From a virus: a DNA stretch of 64,000 nt. The stretch spans positions 47,597-111,596 of the IMG/VR virus record IMGVR_UViG_3300015371_000006; one strand, written 5' to 3'. A model generated the notes under the pieces. It worked only from the letters and a program-made list of their open reading frames with translations, did not search any database and had not been told where the DNA came from. Below are positions 46,378 to 55,804 of this stretch, in pieces (the first letter of the stretch is position 1; each line of letters starts with the position of its first letter). Made by a program: the position numbers and the translations under genes.

Positions 46378-46863
46378 TCATCCGCGTGTCCTCCATTCGG
46401 TCATGCTCGGGATCGGGGCGGGGCTCGCCCGCCACACTAGGTGGTGGTCGTCGTCCTGGGTGAAGCTGCACGCGGTGGCGCGGACGACGCCCAGCGGCTG
46501 TCCGTCGTCGGGCCTCTCGGCCCACACGACGCCGCTGTCACGTCCGTTGCGCCGGTCCTGGTAGTCGCGCCCGTTGAGCCAGGGGCAGTTCTCCCAGGCG
46601 AAGTCGAAGCAGTCGGGGTGCATCGGCGGCTCGCCGAAGCTGTTGCGCTCGACCGACCCGGCGAAGCCGATCAGGATCATCTGCCCGCGCATCTGCTCGC
46701 CGCAGAGCTGGCAGAGGTTCCGCATCGCGCAGCGCTGGCGGTTGCCCTCGTCGTGGACCCTGAAGTCGGGCCGTCCATCGATGATCGCGGTGACGTAGGG
46801 GATCGGCAGGCTGCCGTGCTGCGGGCGCTTCGCCAGGGCAGGGATCACGATTGGTCGGGTCAC
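46378..46863 (-). CDS. Conserved actinophage-type Zn-binding protein
   Basis: LPIPYV..PDF..LCQLCG..EPPMH..C..CPWL. Confidence 0.7.
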   Translation of the reverse strand: MTRPIVIPALAKRPQHGSLPIPYVTAIIDGRPDFRVHDEGNRQRCAMRNLCQLCGEQMRGQMILIGFAGSVERNSFGEPPMHPDCFDFAWENCPWLNGRDYQDRRNGRDSGVVWAERPDDGQPLGVVRATACSFTQDDDHHLVWRASPAPIPSMTEWRTRG

Positions 46864-47050
46864 TCGGCGGCACCTTACCCGGAACGCTCGGACGTGCAAG
46901 CAGCCTGTACGCTCGCGGCCGCCGTGGACCCGGACCGCCTCCTCAGACTCATCCTCGTCGGCCTGCTCGCAGTCGGCGTTATCTGCTGGATCTTCGTCGC
47001 GGTGTTCCTGGGCTACCTGGTGTTCGAGGGCTGACTTTCCGCCCGTCGGT

Positions 47051-47069
47051 GTGCTATCGTCTGTAGCAC
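47051..47069. promoter_or_regulatory. 19-bp palindromic operator (GTGCTATCGTCTGTAGCAC)
   Basis: Perfect arms; followed by CCGACCAAGGAGG. Confidence 0.8.
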
Positions 47070-47093
47070 GTTATCCGACCAAGGAGGTTCCCG

Positions 47094-47603
47094 ATGGAGT
47101 TCGTGATTCCCGAGTTTGAGGTCACCACGCGCAAGGCCGTTGCCGACGCGCTGCGGATCGGCGGGCGCGCTCGCGTGTCCGTGAAGTCACTCGCCACGGG
47201 CCAGCATCTGACCGTGCGGCTCGCCTGCAAGCGCCGGGGCGAGGACGGCAAGTTCATTTCTCGCGCACGCAAGGTCGGCCGGGTCGGCTTCGACGAGTGC
47301 GACGCCCTGTTCGTTGACGGCGATGCCGCCTTCGACGGGTGGATCGCGACGTGGTACGCCGACGAGGGCGAGTGGCGGCAGCCCAAGTCCTACGTCGATC
47401 CGCGTGGCGCGCATTACGCGTGGGCCGCGAAGGCGGTCGTCGCGTGGGCGCTCGACGGGGCCGTCGGCCTTGAGGAGCAGGCCGAGATCCGGCTCGCCAA
47501 CGAGTGCTGCATCTGCGGCCACAAGTTGGAGCACCCCGAGTCGGTGGATCGCGGGATCGGCCCCGAGTGCCTCGGGAAGCTGACGGCCGGTCAGCACGTC
47601 TAG
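47094..47603 (+). CDS. DUF6011 domain protein
   Basis: CCICGHKLEHPESVDRGIGPEC. Confidence 0.8.
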   Translation: MEFVIPEFEVTTRKAVADALRIGGRARVSVKSLATGQHLTVRLACKRRGEDGKFISRARKVGRVGFDECDALFVDGDAAFDGWIATWYADEGEWRQPKSYVDPRGAHYAWAAKAVVAWALDGAVGLEEQAEIRLANECCICGHKLEHPESVDRGIGPECLGKLTAGQHV

Positions 47604-47629
47604 CCGCCGCGCGCCCTCGCTCTCGGTTG

Positions 47630-47654
47630 AAGGCCCCGCTTCGGCGGGGCTTTC
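47630..47654 (+). terminator. Intrinsic terminator
   Basis: AAGGCCCCGC-TTCG-GCGGGGCTTT. Confidence 0.75.
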
Positions 47655-48064
47655 TCGTCTCGCCACGCCTCCAGCATTCCGGCGTGCCAGAGGGCGACCC
47701 GAACGCTGTTGAGCGTCAGCTCGGCCCCCTTGCCGATCATCCAGCGGAGCGCCCGCACGCGGCCAGGGTAGGTGCCGGGGGTGCCGGTGCCCCGTTCGGA
47801 CCTACGATCCGCTCAGAGGTGCTGCTACGGCGTCTGACGGGCCGTCGTAGGCTTGCTCGATGCGGGTGTTGGAGGTCTATCGCGTCGAGGACGCCGGGCG
47901 GCGGGTCCGGGTGCTCGGGCTGCGCGTGCACCACGGCTTGCTCGGAGCGAGCCTTGCTGCGCTCGGGCTGGTGCTCGTGTGGCACGACCGGCGCGACTGG
48001 CCCTGGCGCTTGTTGGATTAGGTCCGCTTCCGGTCGCCCCCAGGTCCGCTAGTACGATCCCGGC

Positions 48065-48655
48065 ATGGCGACGTTCTCGGCCCAGCGCTCGGTCACCACA
48101 GCGGCCACCTTGCTGTCCGACGATCCCGACGCGCTCGCCGAGGCCGATGTCGTGCTGCGCAACACCGACGGGGCTGCCTCAGTGTTCATCGGCGGTCCGA
48201 CGATCACCGACTCCGACGGCGTCGATGAGGTGCAGGTCGTCACGATCAGCGGCGCGCCGACGGGCGGCAGCTTCAAGCTCACCTTCCAGGGCCAGCAGAC
48301 GGCGACCATCGCCTACAACGCAGCGGCGGCCACGGTCGAGTCGGCGCTGGAGGCGCTGTCGAACCTTGCGCCCGCCGACGTCGCGGTCGCCGGGTCTGCC
48401 GGTGGCCCGTACACGGTCACCTTCTCGGGCGTGTTCGCCCACACCGACGTCGGGCTGATGACGGCCGATGCCACCGGGCTGACCGGCGGCACGTCGCCTT
48501 CTGTCGCCGTCGCCACCACGGTCGAGGCGCGCTACTCGCCGGGCTTTGAGCTGGTCGCCGGAGCGGTGCACGGGCCGCTGAAGGGACGCGGCGCGATCTA
48601 CGCAGCGTCGGCCACCGGGACGGTTCGCGTTGACGTGCTGGCGGTGGGCCGCTGA
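48065..48655 (+). CDS. Virion decoration-like protein with inserted EVQ..TGGSF.LTF domain
   Basis: Leaderless TACGAT; DEVQVVTISGAPTGGSFKLTFQGQQTATIAYNA..VESALEAL domain typical of actinophage capsid/tail proteins. Confidence 0.75.
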   Translation: MATFSAQRSVTTAATLLSDDPDALAEADVVLRNTDGAASVFIGGPTITDSDGVDEVQVVTISGAPTGGSFKLTFQGQQTATIAYNAAAATVESALEALSNLAPADVAVAGSAGGPYTVTFSGVFAHTDVGLMTADATGLTGGTSPSVAVATTVEARYSPGFELVAGAVHGPLKGRGAIYAASATGTVRVDVLAVGR

Positions 48656-48921
48656 TGGCTACCAACGGCACCCAGGTCACGGTCACCACCTCGCCGACCC
48701 TGCTCGCGCAGGACTCCGACTCGCTCGCCGAGTCCCAGGTTGTGATCCGCAACACCTCGGGCTCGGTGTCGGTGTTCATCGGCGGCCCCGACGTCACCAC
48801 CTCGACCGGGTATGAGTTGCGCCAGTCGACGGCCCTGCCGCCGTTGCGAGGCCGCGACCCGATCTACGGCGTGGTCGCGGCCTCCACGGTTCGCGTCGAC
48901 GTTCTCGAACTCGCCGACTAG
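48655..48921 (+). CDS. Small beta-rich virion-like protein, paralogue of the upstream gene without the insert
   Basis: Aligns by eye with both flanks of 48065..48655. Confidence 0.75.
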   Translation: MATNGTQVTVTTSPTLLAQDSDSLAESQVVIRNTSGSVSVFIGGPDVTTSTGYELRQSTALPPLRGRDPIYGVVAASTVRVDVLELAD

Positions 48922-49724
48922 CTGTTGCGCAGCACGTTGCGTGCTTCGTCGGAGTTGACCGAGCTGGTCGTCCGGCCCTTCGGCGCGGGCTTCGCGGTGC
49001 TCGACGGGTCGGCCTTGACGCGGCCGCTGGTCTGCCCGCCGTCGTGCTCGGGGATCTCCGAGCCCAGCATCGACTGAGCCTTTGCCTGCGGCATCACGCC
49101 GCTGTCAGCGAGGTAGCCCACGCCCACGTTCGCAGCGCTGCGCATCGTCGAGCGCACGCCCGCCGGGGACGAGGTCGTCGTCGCCGCGACGCCGGTCCCG
49201 TATGCCTGCTTTTCGGCCTGCACGTCCACGTTCGCGCCCAGGTAGATGACGGTCCAGCTGTCCTCGTCCTGCTTGCGCTCCAGCAGCGCCTTGATCGCGG
49301 CCTTGTCGTACTCGCGGCTCGCGTTCTCGTAGCCGTCGGTGTAGATCACCAGCAGCGCCTTGTCGTTCTTCTTCGACTTCGCCTCGATGGCCTGCACCGT
49401 GTCGGCGATGGCGTCGTTGAGCGGGGTCATGCCCTGCGGGCAGTAGTCCGCCTCGGTGATCTGCTTCGCGTCGTTGAGCTTCTCGGCGTTGCGCAGGATG
49501 CGGGTGCGCTCGCGGCCTGCCGCAGCGTCGAAGGTCGCCAGCGTCAGCTTCGTGCGCTCGCTGTTCTTCTCGCCCTGCAGGCTGCCGATGAACTCGTTCG
49601 TGCCGTCGATGACGGCACGGCGGTTGTGCGCCATCGAGCCGCTCTCGTCGAGCAGGATCGCGACGTGGATCGTGCCCTTCTTGGCCTTCGCCTTCTTCGG
49701 CTTGGCCTTGGTCGCTGTTGCCAT
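48918..49724 (-). CDS. von Willebrand factor A domain protein
   Basis: LLDESGSM (MIDAS), TPLNDAI, IYTDGYEN. Confidence 0.9.
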   Translation of the reverse strand: MATATKAKPKKAKAKKGTIHVAILLDESGSMAHNRRAVIDGTNEFIGSLQGEKNSERTKLTLATFDAAAGRERTRILRNAEKLNDAKQITEADYCPQGMTPLNDAIADTVQAIEAKSKKNDKALLVIYTDGYENASREYDKAAIKALLERKQDEDSWTVIYLGANVDVQAEKQAYGTGVAATTTSSPAGVRSTMRSAANVGVGYLADSGVMPQAKAQSMLGSEIPEHDGGQTSGRVKADPSSTAKPAPKGRTTSSVNSDEARNVLRNS

Positions 49725-49928
49725 TTACTCCTCCTCTCGCATCACAGTCAGCGCCTTCTCGACAGCGGACAGGCGGGTGTCCAGCTCGACGTATGGCGAC
49801 TGGCTCTGCGCGAGCGTGCGCAGGTAGTCACCCGTGCTGGAGTAGCCCGCCGCTCGCGCCTTGCTGGTGATCGCGGCGTGTTCGCTCTCGCTGACTCGGA
49901 CCGATATGCGTTTGCCTCGGGGTGCCAT
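49725..49928 (-). CDS. Ribbon-helix-helix (MobC/CopG-like) regulator
   Basis: ISVRVSESEH..I..KA..AG..S..DYLR. Confidence 0.7.
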   Translation of the reverse strand: MAPRGKRISVRVSESEHAAITSKARAAGYSSTGDYLRTLAQSQSPYVELDTRLSAVEKALTVMREEE

Positions 49929-49959
49929 TGTGTGCACAACGGTAACACACCCGTCGCCC

Positions 49960-50370
49960 TCATCGCCCTGTTCGCACACCTCCGGGCTTCGGCACGTCGA
50001 TCCCGGCCCTCTGCATGTGCTTGATCATCTCGGCGATGTTCTGCCCCGTCGTCTCCAGCTCCTCCCCGATCTCGGCGAGCGTAAGCCCGTTCTTACGCAT
50101 CACCCGGATCAGCGGCCACAGCTCTCTGCGGCGGCGGTGACGCAGCTTCAGCCACCCGCTCTGTCGCCCTCTGTCGACCACGCCGCTGACGGCGTGCTCT
50201 GTCAGGTTGAGCATGTCCGCGATCTCTCGGACCGGCGTCCCGGCCTCCCACAGCTCGCGGATCGCTAGATCGCGCTCGCCGTATTCGTCGTCGAGTTGGC
50301 AGCGCAGGCATACGCTGGCCCGTGGCCGGTCGCGCAGGTCGGCCCCGCAGCCGGGGCAGGGCCGCGCCAC
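49960..50370 (-). CDS. Zn finger plus double HTH protein
   Basis: CPGC..CLRC; GTPVREIADML; GLTLAEIGEEL. Confidence 0.65.
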   Translation of the reverse strand: MARPCPGCGADLRDRPRASVCLRCQLDDEYGERDLAIRELWEAGTPVREIADMLNLTEHAVSGVVDRGRQSGWLKLRHRRRRELWPLIRVMRKNGLTLAEIGEELETTGQNIAEMIKHMQRAGIDVPKPGGVRTGR

Positions 50371-51164
50371 GCCTACGCGAACCGGGCTCCCCCGGTGCGC
50401 TCGATGACCAGGTCCATCAGCTCGGAGCGGTCGAGGGCGGTCCAGCCGCTGATGTCGATCTCAGCCACCTGCCAGTTGCCGCAGCGCAGCCGGATGGTGC
50501 CGTCGGGCAGCACGCCGACGAACGCCGTGCCGGTCAGCGCGTAGCCCACCTCCAGGGCGGCCAGGGCCAGGCGGTCGCCCACCATCTTCACCTTGTCCAT
50601 CGTCAGTCCTCCTCGTAGTCGCGGCCGAGCCGCACGCCGCAGCGCATGCACAGCCCGGCTCGGGCGTCGTGGTCGAACTCCTTGCAGACCTCGGTGGCGG
50701 CGATTGCGTGCCCCACCTCCTGTTGGCGGATCAGGTAGACGGTGTCGGCTTGGTAGCGGGCCAGGACGCGGACCGCGTAGTGATTACGGACCTTGGCGAC
50801 CGGGTCGGTGACGCTCGCGTCGAGCGGCGCGGCCACGATGGGCAGCCGGTCGGCGCTCGGCTCGCCGTTCTTGGCCCCCTCGCACTTGCAGCGGTTGTCG
50901 AGCGGCTTGCCGTCCTCGGTGCTCACGGCTCCGCAGCCGGGGCAGACGGCGAGTTGTTTTGCGGGCTGGGGCATCAGCGGTCTGCGAATCCTCTCTCCTG
51001 CGCCGCCGCGAGCGCTGTCGCCGCCCTCGGCATCTCCCACTCCAGCAGTTCGGCCACGGCCATCGTGCTCGCGCCGTTGAGGTAGGCGACCGCGCATAGG
51101 GCTCGGTCCATGTCGGGCTTGTCGTCGTCGGTGATCACGGCCAGCAGACGCTCCTCGCGTTCGC

Positions 51165-51989
51165 TCACACGTCGTCGCCGCGCAGCAGTGCTGCGGCCAG
51201 GCTCATCGCCCCGCCGAAGGTGTTGCCGGAGTGCTGATCGGTGTGATCGAGCATCGCCCGCTGCGTCTTGTGGTCGTAGCCGCCGGGCTCGTCGCCGACC
51301 GCCCAGGCGTACAGCAGCCAGGCCAGTGCCGGGTCGTCGGGCAGCTCGACGTCCCACACCTTGTCGCCCTTGGCGCGGTCGGGCGAGGCGAAGAAGGCGT
51401 CCACGGCGTCGGGCCGCTCGCGCTTGTCGCCCGCCTCCTTGGCGCGCCGGTAGAACTTCGCCGCCTCGGTGCAGCAGAACATCTCGTAGCCCTCGCTGTC
51501 CACCCGGAAGCTCGGGTCGGCCTCGCGGAAGCGGTCGATGCGCGCCTTCAGCGGGTCGGGCAGCATCTCGTAGTCGAGGTCGAGGCTCGCCTTCTGCTCG
51601 GCGAAGCGCTCCCGGTTGCGGCGGTCGTAGTCGGCCAGCCAGGCGGCGCGGTCTGCGTCACGCTCCATCGGCGTCTTCCAGAACAGCTCCTGGGCGTCGA
51701 CGTCGATGCCGTGGAAGCTTGAGCCGAAGCCGCTCGGGCTGTAGATGCGGATCGCGGAGCCGAGCTTCGGCACCACGCCGTCGTAGCGCTCGTCGCCCAC
51801 GCGCTCCCGGCTCCAGCCCAGGCCGGTGCCGTCGTCGGTGGTGATCGAGGTGAAGTCGTCGCCCCGCTCGACGTTCTCGATGCGGTGGTCCTGGTAGTTG
51901 TCGGCGGCCTTCATCTCCGCGATGGTCAGGCCCGCGTGCGGGTCGGGCATCTCGCCCGGAGGGATTTCGGCGATGCGATGGCTCTCCAT
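51165..51989 (-). CDS. Hypothetical protein
   Basis: CCGACCAAGGAGG upstream; HSGNTFG motif. Confidence 0.75.
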   Translation of the reverse strand: MESHRIAEIPPGEMPDPHAGLTIAEMKAADNYQDHRIENVERGDDFTSITTDDGTGLGWSRERVGDERYDGVVPKLGSAIRIYSPSGFGSSFHGIDVDAQELFWKTPMERDADRAAWLADYDRRNRERFAEQKASLDLDYEMLPDPLKARIDRFREADPSFRVDSEGYEMFCCTEAAKFYRRAKEAGDKRERPDAVDAFFASPDRAKGDKVWDVELPDDPALAWLLYAWAVGDEPGGYDHKTQRAMLDHTDQHSGNTFGGAMSLAAALLRGDDV

Positions 51990-52044
51990 CGGTGCCTCCT
52001 TGGTCGGTGACGCGCAGGAGCCTACCGGCTCTGCGGACGGACGA

Positions 52045-52674
52045 CTAGGCCAGCGAGTCCTTCGCCAGCTTGGCGATGACCTTCGGCTCGTCCTCGGGCT
52101 TGCCTCCGGTCAGCCGCCCCAGCACGTCAGCGAGGGTCGCCGCTTGCGTCGGGGTCGCCACAACCGCCACCTCGACGCCGGGCTTCGGTTCGGCGGGCTC
52201 TCGCTCGACGGGATCGTCGGGCTCCAGGTAGCCCGCCAGGTCGAGGTAGCCGGTCATGTCGGACTTGTCCATCGCCAGACGCTTGCGCATCTCGGCCTCG
52301 GGCACGGCGTTGGTCAGGTCGGCCAGCAGGTGCGCCAGCTTGATCGGGACGAACGCTCCACGCAGCCGGTTCATGGTGATCTGGCGCACCTTCGCCGACA
52401 CGTCGTCGGACTCCTCGACCACGCACGGGACGGTCTCGGCTCCCAGCTCGCCCAGCAGCCGCCAGCGGTGCTCACCGTCCACGATCTCGTACTCGACCTG
52501 CGGGTTGGCGCTGTCGATCTCGACCTTGCGCACCAGCACCGGCTGGACGAAGCCCCTTAACCGGATTTCCTCTCGGAGGGCTTTCATCTGCGCAGGCGAC
52601 ATCTCATTGGGGTTCTCAGGCGCTGGCCTGATGGCCCCATGCTCGATGTCCACGATTTCGAGTTCCGCCTTCAT
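52045..52674 (-). CDS. ParB/Srx N-terminal domain protein
   Basis: NPNEM..GFVQPVLVR..IVDGEHRW. Confidence 0.85.
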   Translation of the reverse strand: MKAELEIVDIEHGAIRPAPENPNEMSPAQMKALREEIRLRGFVQPVLVRKVEIDSANPQVEYEIVDGEHRWRLLGELGAETVPCVVEESDDVSAKVRQITMNRLRGAFVPIKLAHLLADLTNAVPEAEMRKRLAMDKSDMTGYLDLAGYLEPDDPVEREPAEPKPGVEVAVVATPTQAATLADVLGRLTGGKPEDEPKVIAKLAKDSLA

Positions 52675-53075
52675 CGCTCCAGGTACCGGATCGCGGCCCG
52701 CAGCCGCTCGGGGTCGTCGCGCAGATTCCCCAGCGCGGTGTTGCAGTGATGGCAGAGCAGGCCCCGCAGCTTGCCCGTGGCATGGTCGTGGTCGATGTGC
52801 AGCCGTCGCGGCTCGCTCTCGCAGATCGCGCAGCGGCCCTTCTGCTCGGCGAGCGCACGGTCGTAATCCTCCCGCGTCACGCCCAGCCGCCGAAGGCTGG
52901 TCAGCAGGCTTTGCCGTGCTCGGACCGCTGGGTCGCGGCGCGCCCGACGGCCCCGCTCGACGTAGCACGACTTGCAGTACGGCTGGTAGCCGTTGCGACC
53001 CCCGCCCCGTCGGCTGAACGCTTCGACCGCTTTGGTCTCGCCGCAGTCGCCGCAGCGCTTGGTCTCGGCCTTCAT
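52671..53075 (-). CDS. Endonuclease VII-like protein
   Basis: CAIC..LHIDHDH.TG.LRGLLCHHCN.ALG...DD. Confidence 0.9.
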   Translation of the reverse strand: MKAETKRCGDCGETKAVEAFSRRGGGRNGYQPYCKSCYVERGRRARRDPAVRARQSLLTSLRRLGVTREDYDRALAEQKGRCAICESEPRRLHIDHDHATGKLRGLLCHHCNTALGNLRDDPERLRAAIRYLER

Positions 53076-53445
53076 CGCCTCAGCCCCCAGCGGCGCGGGT
53101 CGGGGACTCGCAGCAGCAGCGGGCGGGTGGCCGGGTTGTCGCCCTTGCGCTTCGCCCGGACGTGCACCAGGTCGGGCCGGATGATGCGGATCAGCTTCAC
53201 TTCTTCAGCACCTCGCGCTCCAGCTGGTCGGCCGCCTTGTCCCAGGCCCACTTCGTCTTCGGGCCGTACCAGCCGCCCCACTTGCGGAGGTCGGCGATCA
53301 CGTCCTCTACGTCCTTGCGGCTGACGGTGTTCTCGATGACTGCGTTCTCGCTCATGAGTTCTTCTCCGTGCAGTTGCACTTCGCGTCGGCCGGTGCTCCA
53401 CACACCGGACAGGGGTTGAACGTATCGCTCGGCGGCTGCGGCGGC

Positions 53446-53796
53446 TCAGGCATCGCTGCTCACGATCAGCGAGCGCCAGATGGCTACCGGCCGCGCGTGG
53501 CAGGCCACTCGGGTCGACCTGGTCGTGCGATCCGTCGCTGCGACCACGCCCGTGGTGACCGCCCAGCGCATGATCGGCCCCATCGCTCGGGGCTCGTGCG
53601 GCATGTAGTCGGGGTAGTGGTGCTCCAGCCACCACCACACGGCGTCGGTCGTGAACTCCGGCTTGCGCTTCGCCACGGCTTCGACTGACAGCTTCGCCGC
53701 AACCTTCCAGGCCTCCTCAGCATTCGCGTGGACTCGCGTCATCGCCTCGCGCTTGGCCTCCAGCGCGCTGCGCGCGTCGAACAGTTGCTCGGTCAT
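53446..53796 (-). CDS. Conserved phage hypothetical protein
   Basis: FTTDAVW..EPRAMG..H.RP..IWRS. Confidence 0.7.
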   Translation of the reverse strand: MTEQLFDARSALEAKREAMTRVHANAEEAWKVAAKLSVEAVAKRKPEFTTDAVWWWLEHHYPDYMPHEPRAMGPIMRWAVTTGVVAATDRTTRSTRVACHARPVAIWRSLIVSSDA

Positions 53797-54779
53797 CTCT
53801 TCCCCACAATCAGCAGCTCATCGCCGCCCTCGCCGTGCTCTTTCTTCAGCGACTTCAGGTGCTCGTGGTCGAGCGTGCGCATCTCGGCCTCGCGGCCCCG
53901 GTCGGTGATCATCGTCTGGATCGCCTCGGCGTCTGCGCCCTTGCCCATGCTCACCACCCACAGATCGATGTGCTCGCCCGCGTCGAAGACGTCTTCCAGC
54001 AGCCGCCAGCCGTCGGCCTCTGACCACTCGCTCGGGCTCGCGTCGTAGTCGGGCTCCAGCAGCTTCGCCACGCCCGCGTAGCTGTCCTCGTAGCTCAGCG
54101 TGCCGGGGTAGGGCGGGTCGAGGTAGAGCACGTCGGCCTGCACCCCGGTGATGAAGCTCACGGCGTCGCCTCGGTGGGCGGTGTTGTCGCGGCCGTTGTG
54201 GAACACGGCGCGGTTGATCGCCTCGGCGATGCGGATCGCCAGCGCTCGGGGCTTGCCGGTGCGGCGCAGCTGGGTCGCCTGCCCCGGCGTCAGCTCATCC
54301 CACTCGCGTCGCCCCGCCCCCATCGTCGGCATGCCCCAGGTCGCCATGCTCAGGGCGGTCTTCGTGATCCAGGCGCGCATCAGCCAGCGGTGCCAGCCCT
54401 TGGCCTCGCGCTCGACGCTCGCCATCCCGGCCAGCAGCTCGCGGCAGTTGTCGGGGATGCTCAGCAGCTTCTCGTCGGGCAGCTCGACGCCGTTGGGCTC
54501 GGCCTGGATCGCCTGGGTCGCGGCGACGCTGCTCAGCGTCCAGTCGGAGTTCTCGACCAGCGCCTTGGCGGTGGCCTCGGCTAGCGGGCTCATGTCGTTG
54601 GCGGCCACCTGGTAGCCCAGCACTTTCGCCGCCACGCTGACCGCGCCCCCGCCGCTGAAGGCATCGGCGAGGATCGCGCCGGGCGGTGCGCCCTGTCCCG
54701 CGATCACGCGCATGATCTGCGGGGCGATGGCCCGCTTGCCGCCGAGCCACCCTGGGCAGGCTGCGAGGTAGTCCTTCAT
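53793..54779 (-). CDS. DNA adenine methyltransferase (Dam/D12-like, alpha class)
   Basis: WLGGKR; DAFSGGGAVS; LYLDPPY. Confidence 0.85.
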   Translation of the reverse strand: MKDYLAACPGWLGGKRAIAPQIMRVIAGQGAPPGAILADAFSGGGAVSVAAKVLGYQVAANDMSPLAEATAKALVENSDWTLSSVAATQAIQAEPNGVELPDEKLLSIPDNCRELLAGMASVEREAKGWHRWLMRAWITKTALSMATWGMPTMGAGRREWDELTPGQATQLRRTGKPRALAIRIAEAINRAVFHNGRDNTAHRGDAVSFITGVQADVLYLDPPYPGTLSYEDSYAGVAKLLEPDYDASPSEWSEADGWRLLEDVFDAGEHIDLWVVSMGKGADAEAIQTMITDRGREAEMRTLDHEHLKSLKKEHGEGGDELLIVGKR

Positions 54780-55405
54780 CCGCTCAGGATCGCGATCAGG
54801 GCCTCGGCGCGGGTCATGCCCTGCGCCGTCTTCGCTTCCAGGGCCCGCTCCACCGTGGTCGCCTGGCGTGGCCCGAAGCGCCAGCGCAGCACCTCGGGCG
54901 CGCTTGCCTCCTCGGCCTCCAGCACGGCGGCCAGCTGCTCGTCGAGATCCTCGGGCACGTCCTTGAGCGCCAGCGCCGCCTCCCATTGCTCCTCGTCCAT
55001 GCCAAGTCGTTCTTGCAGCTCGGCCTCGTCGAGGTGCTCGGCGAGGTAGGCCAGCACGCGAGCCAGGCGCACGGCGTTGAAGCTGCCGCGCAGGTGGTTC
55101 ATGGTCAGCAGCCGCATCCTGCCCTCTGACTCGTCGCCGTCGTCGATGACGCACGGCACGGTGTCTGAGCCCGCGTCACGCAGCACGCGCCAGCGGTGCT
55201 CGCCGTCCTCGATGACGTACTTGCTGCCCTTCGGCCGCACGACCACCGGCTGGACGAAGCCGTTCTCCGAAATGTCGCGCGCCAGCGCCTTGAGCAGCGC
55301 TGGCGGCACGACATTCGGATTCGCCGGGTCGGGCTCCAGGGCGTCGACCGGCAGGTCGACCACCTCTAGCGTCGCCCGACGCAGCGATTCGATGCTCTCA
55401 GCCAA
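54776..55405 (-). CDS. ParB/Srx N-terminal domain protein (paralogue of 52045..52674)
   Basis: NPN..GFVQPVVVR..IEDGEHRW..TMNHLRG. Confidence 0.85.
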   Translation of the reverse strand: MAESIESLRRATLEVVDLPVDALEPDPANPNVVPPALLKALARDISENGFVQPVVVRPKGSKYVIEDGEHRWRVLRDAGSDTVPCVIDDGDESEGRMRLLTMNHLRGSFNAVRLARVLAYLAEHLDEAELQERLGMDEEQWEAALALKDVPEDLDEQLAAVLEAEEASAPEVLRWRFGPRQATTVERALEAKTAQGMTRAEALIAILSG

Positions 55406-55655
55406 GCACCTTGTCCTTGGCCCACGCGCCGAGCAGCGGCAGCGACGGGATCGCCGCTCCGATGTGCTCGTTGTCGTCGGCCTCGTCGACCAGCTCCAGC
55501 ACGATGCCGAGCACGATCAAGACGACGCCGATCACGGCCACGATGTAGCCCAGCTGCCCGACGCCCGTTGCGCCGCGCGGATTGAACGCGCCGCCGCCCG
55601 CGATCAGCGCCACGATGGCACCGACGACGAGCAGGATGATTCCCAGGGTGATCAT
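55398..55655 (-). CDS. Two-TM membrane protein
   Basis: Two hydrophobic helices. Confidence 0.6.
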   Translation of the reverse strand: MITLGIILLVVGAIVALIAGGGAFNPRGATGVGQLGYIVAVIGVVLIVLGIVLELVDEADDNEHIGAAIPSLPLLGAWAKDKVLG

Positions 55656-55804
55656 TGAGTTCCCTTTCGGTTCGGTTTCCCCCGCGCCAGCGTAGGCGCA
55701 CTTCTTCGGGGGTTCCCAAACCGACTACCCGCGACCCTATCGCTCTACGACGACGACCCGCCGGAGCGGGCCGTTCGTCGTCCAGTGGGTGTGGCCGGGT
55801 CAGC

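Noticed and set aside
47051-47069. CIRCE/HrcA operator
   Set aside because: Half-sites resemble CIRCE but are in the opposite order with a 7-bp spacer (CIRCE is TTAGCACTC-N9-GAGTGCTAA), and no chaperone genes follow
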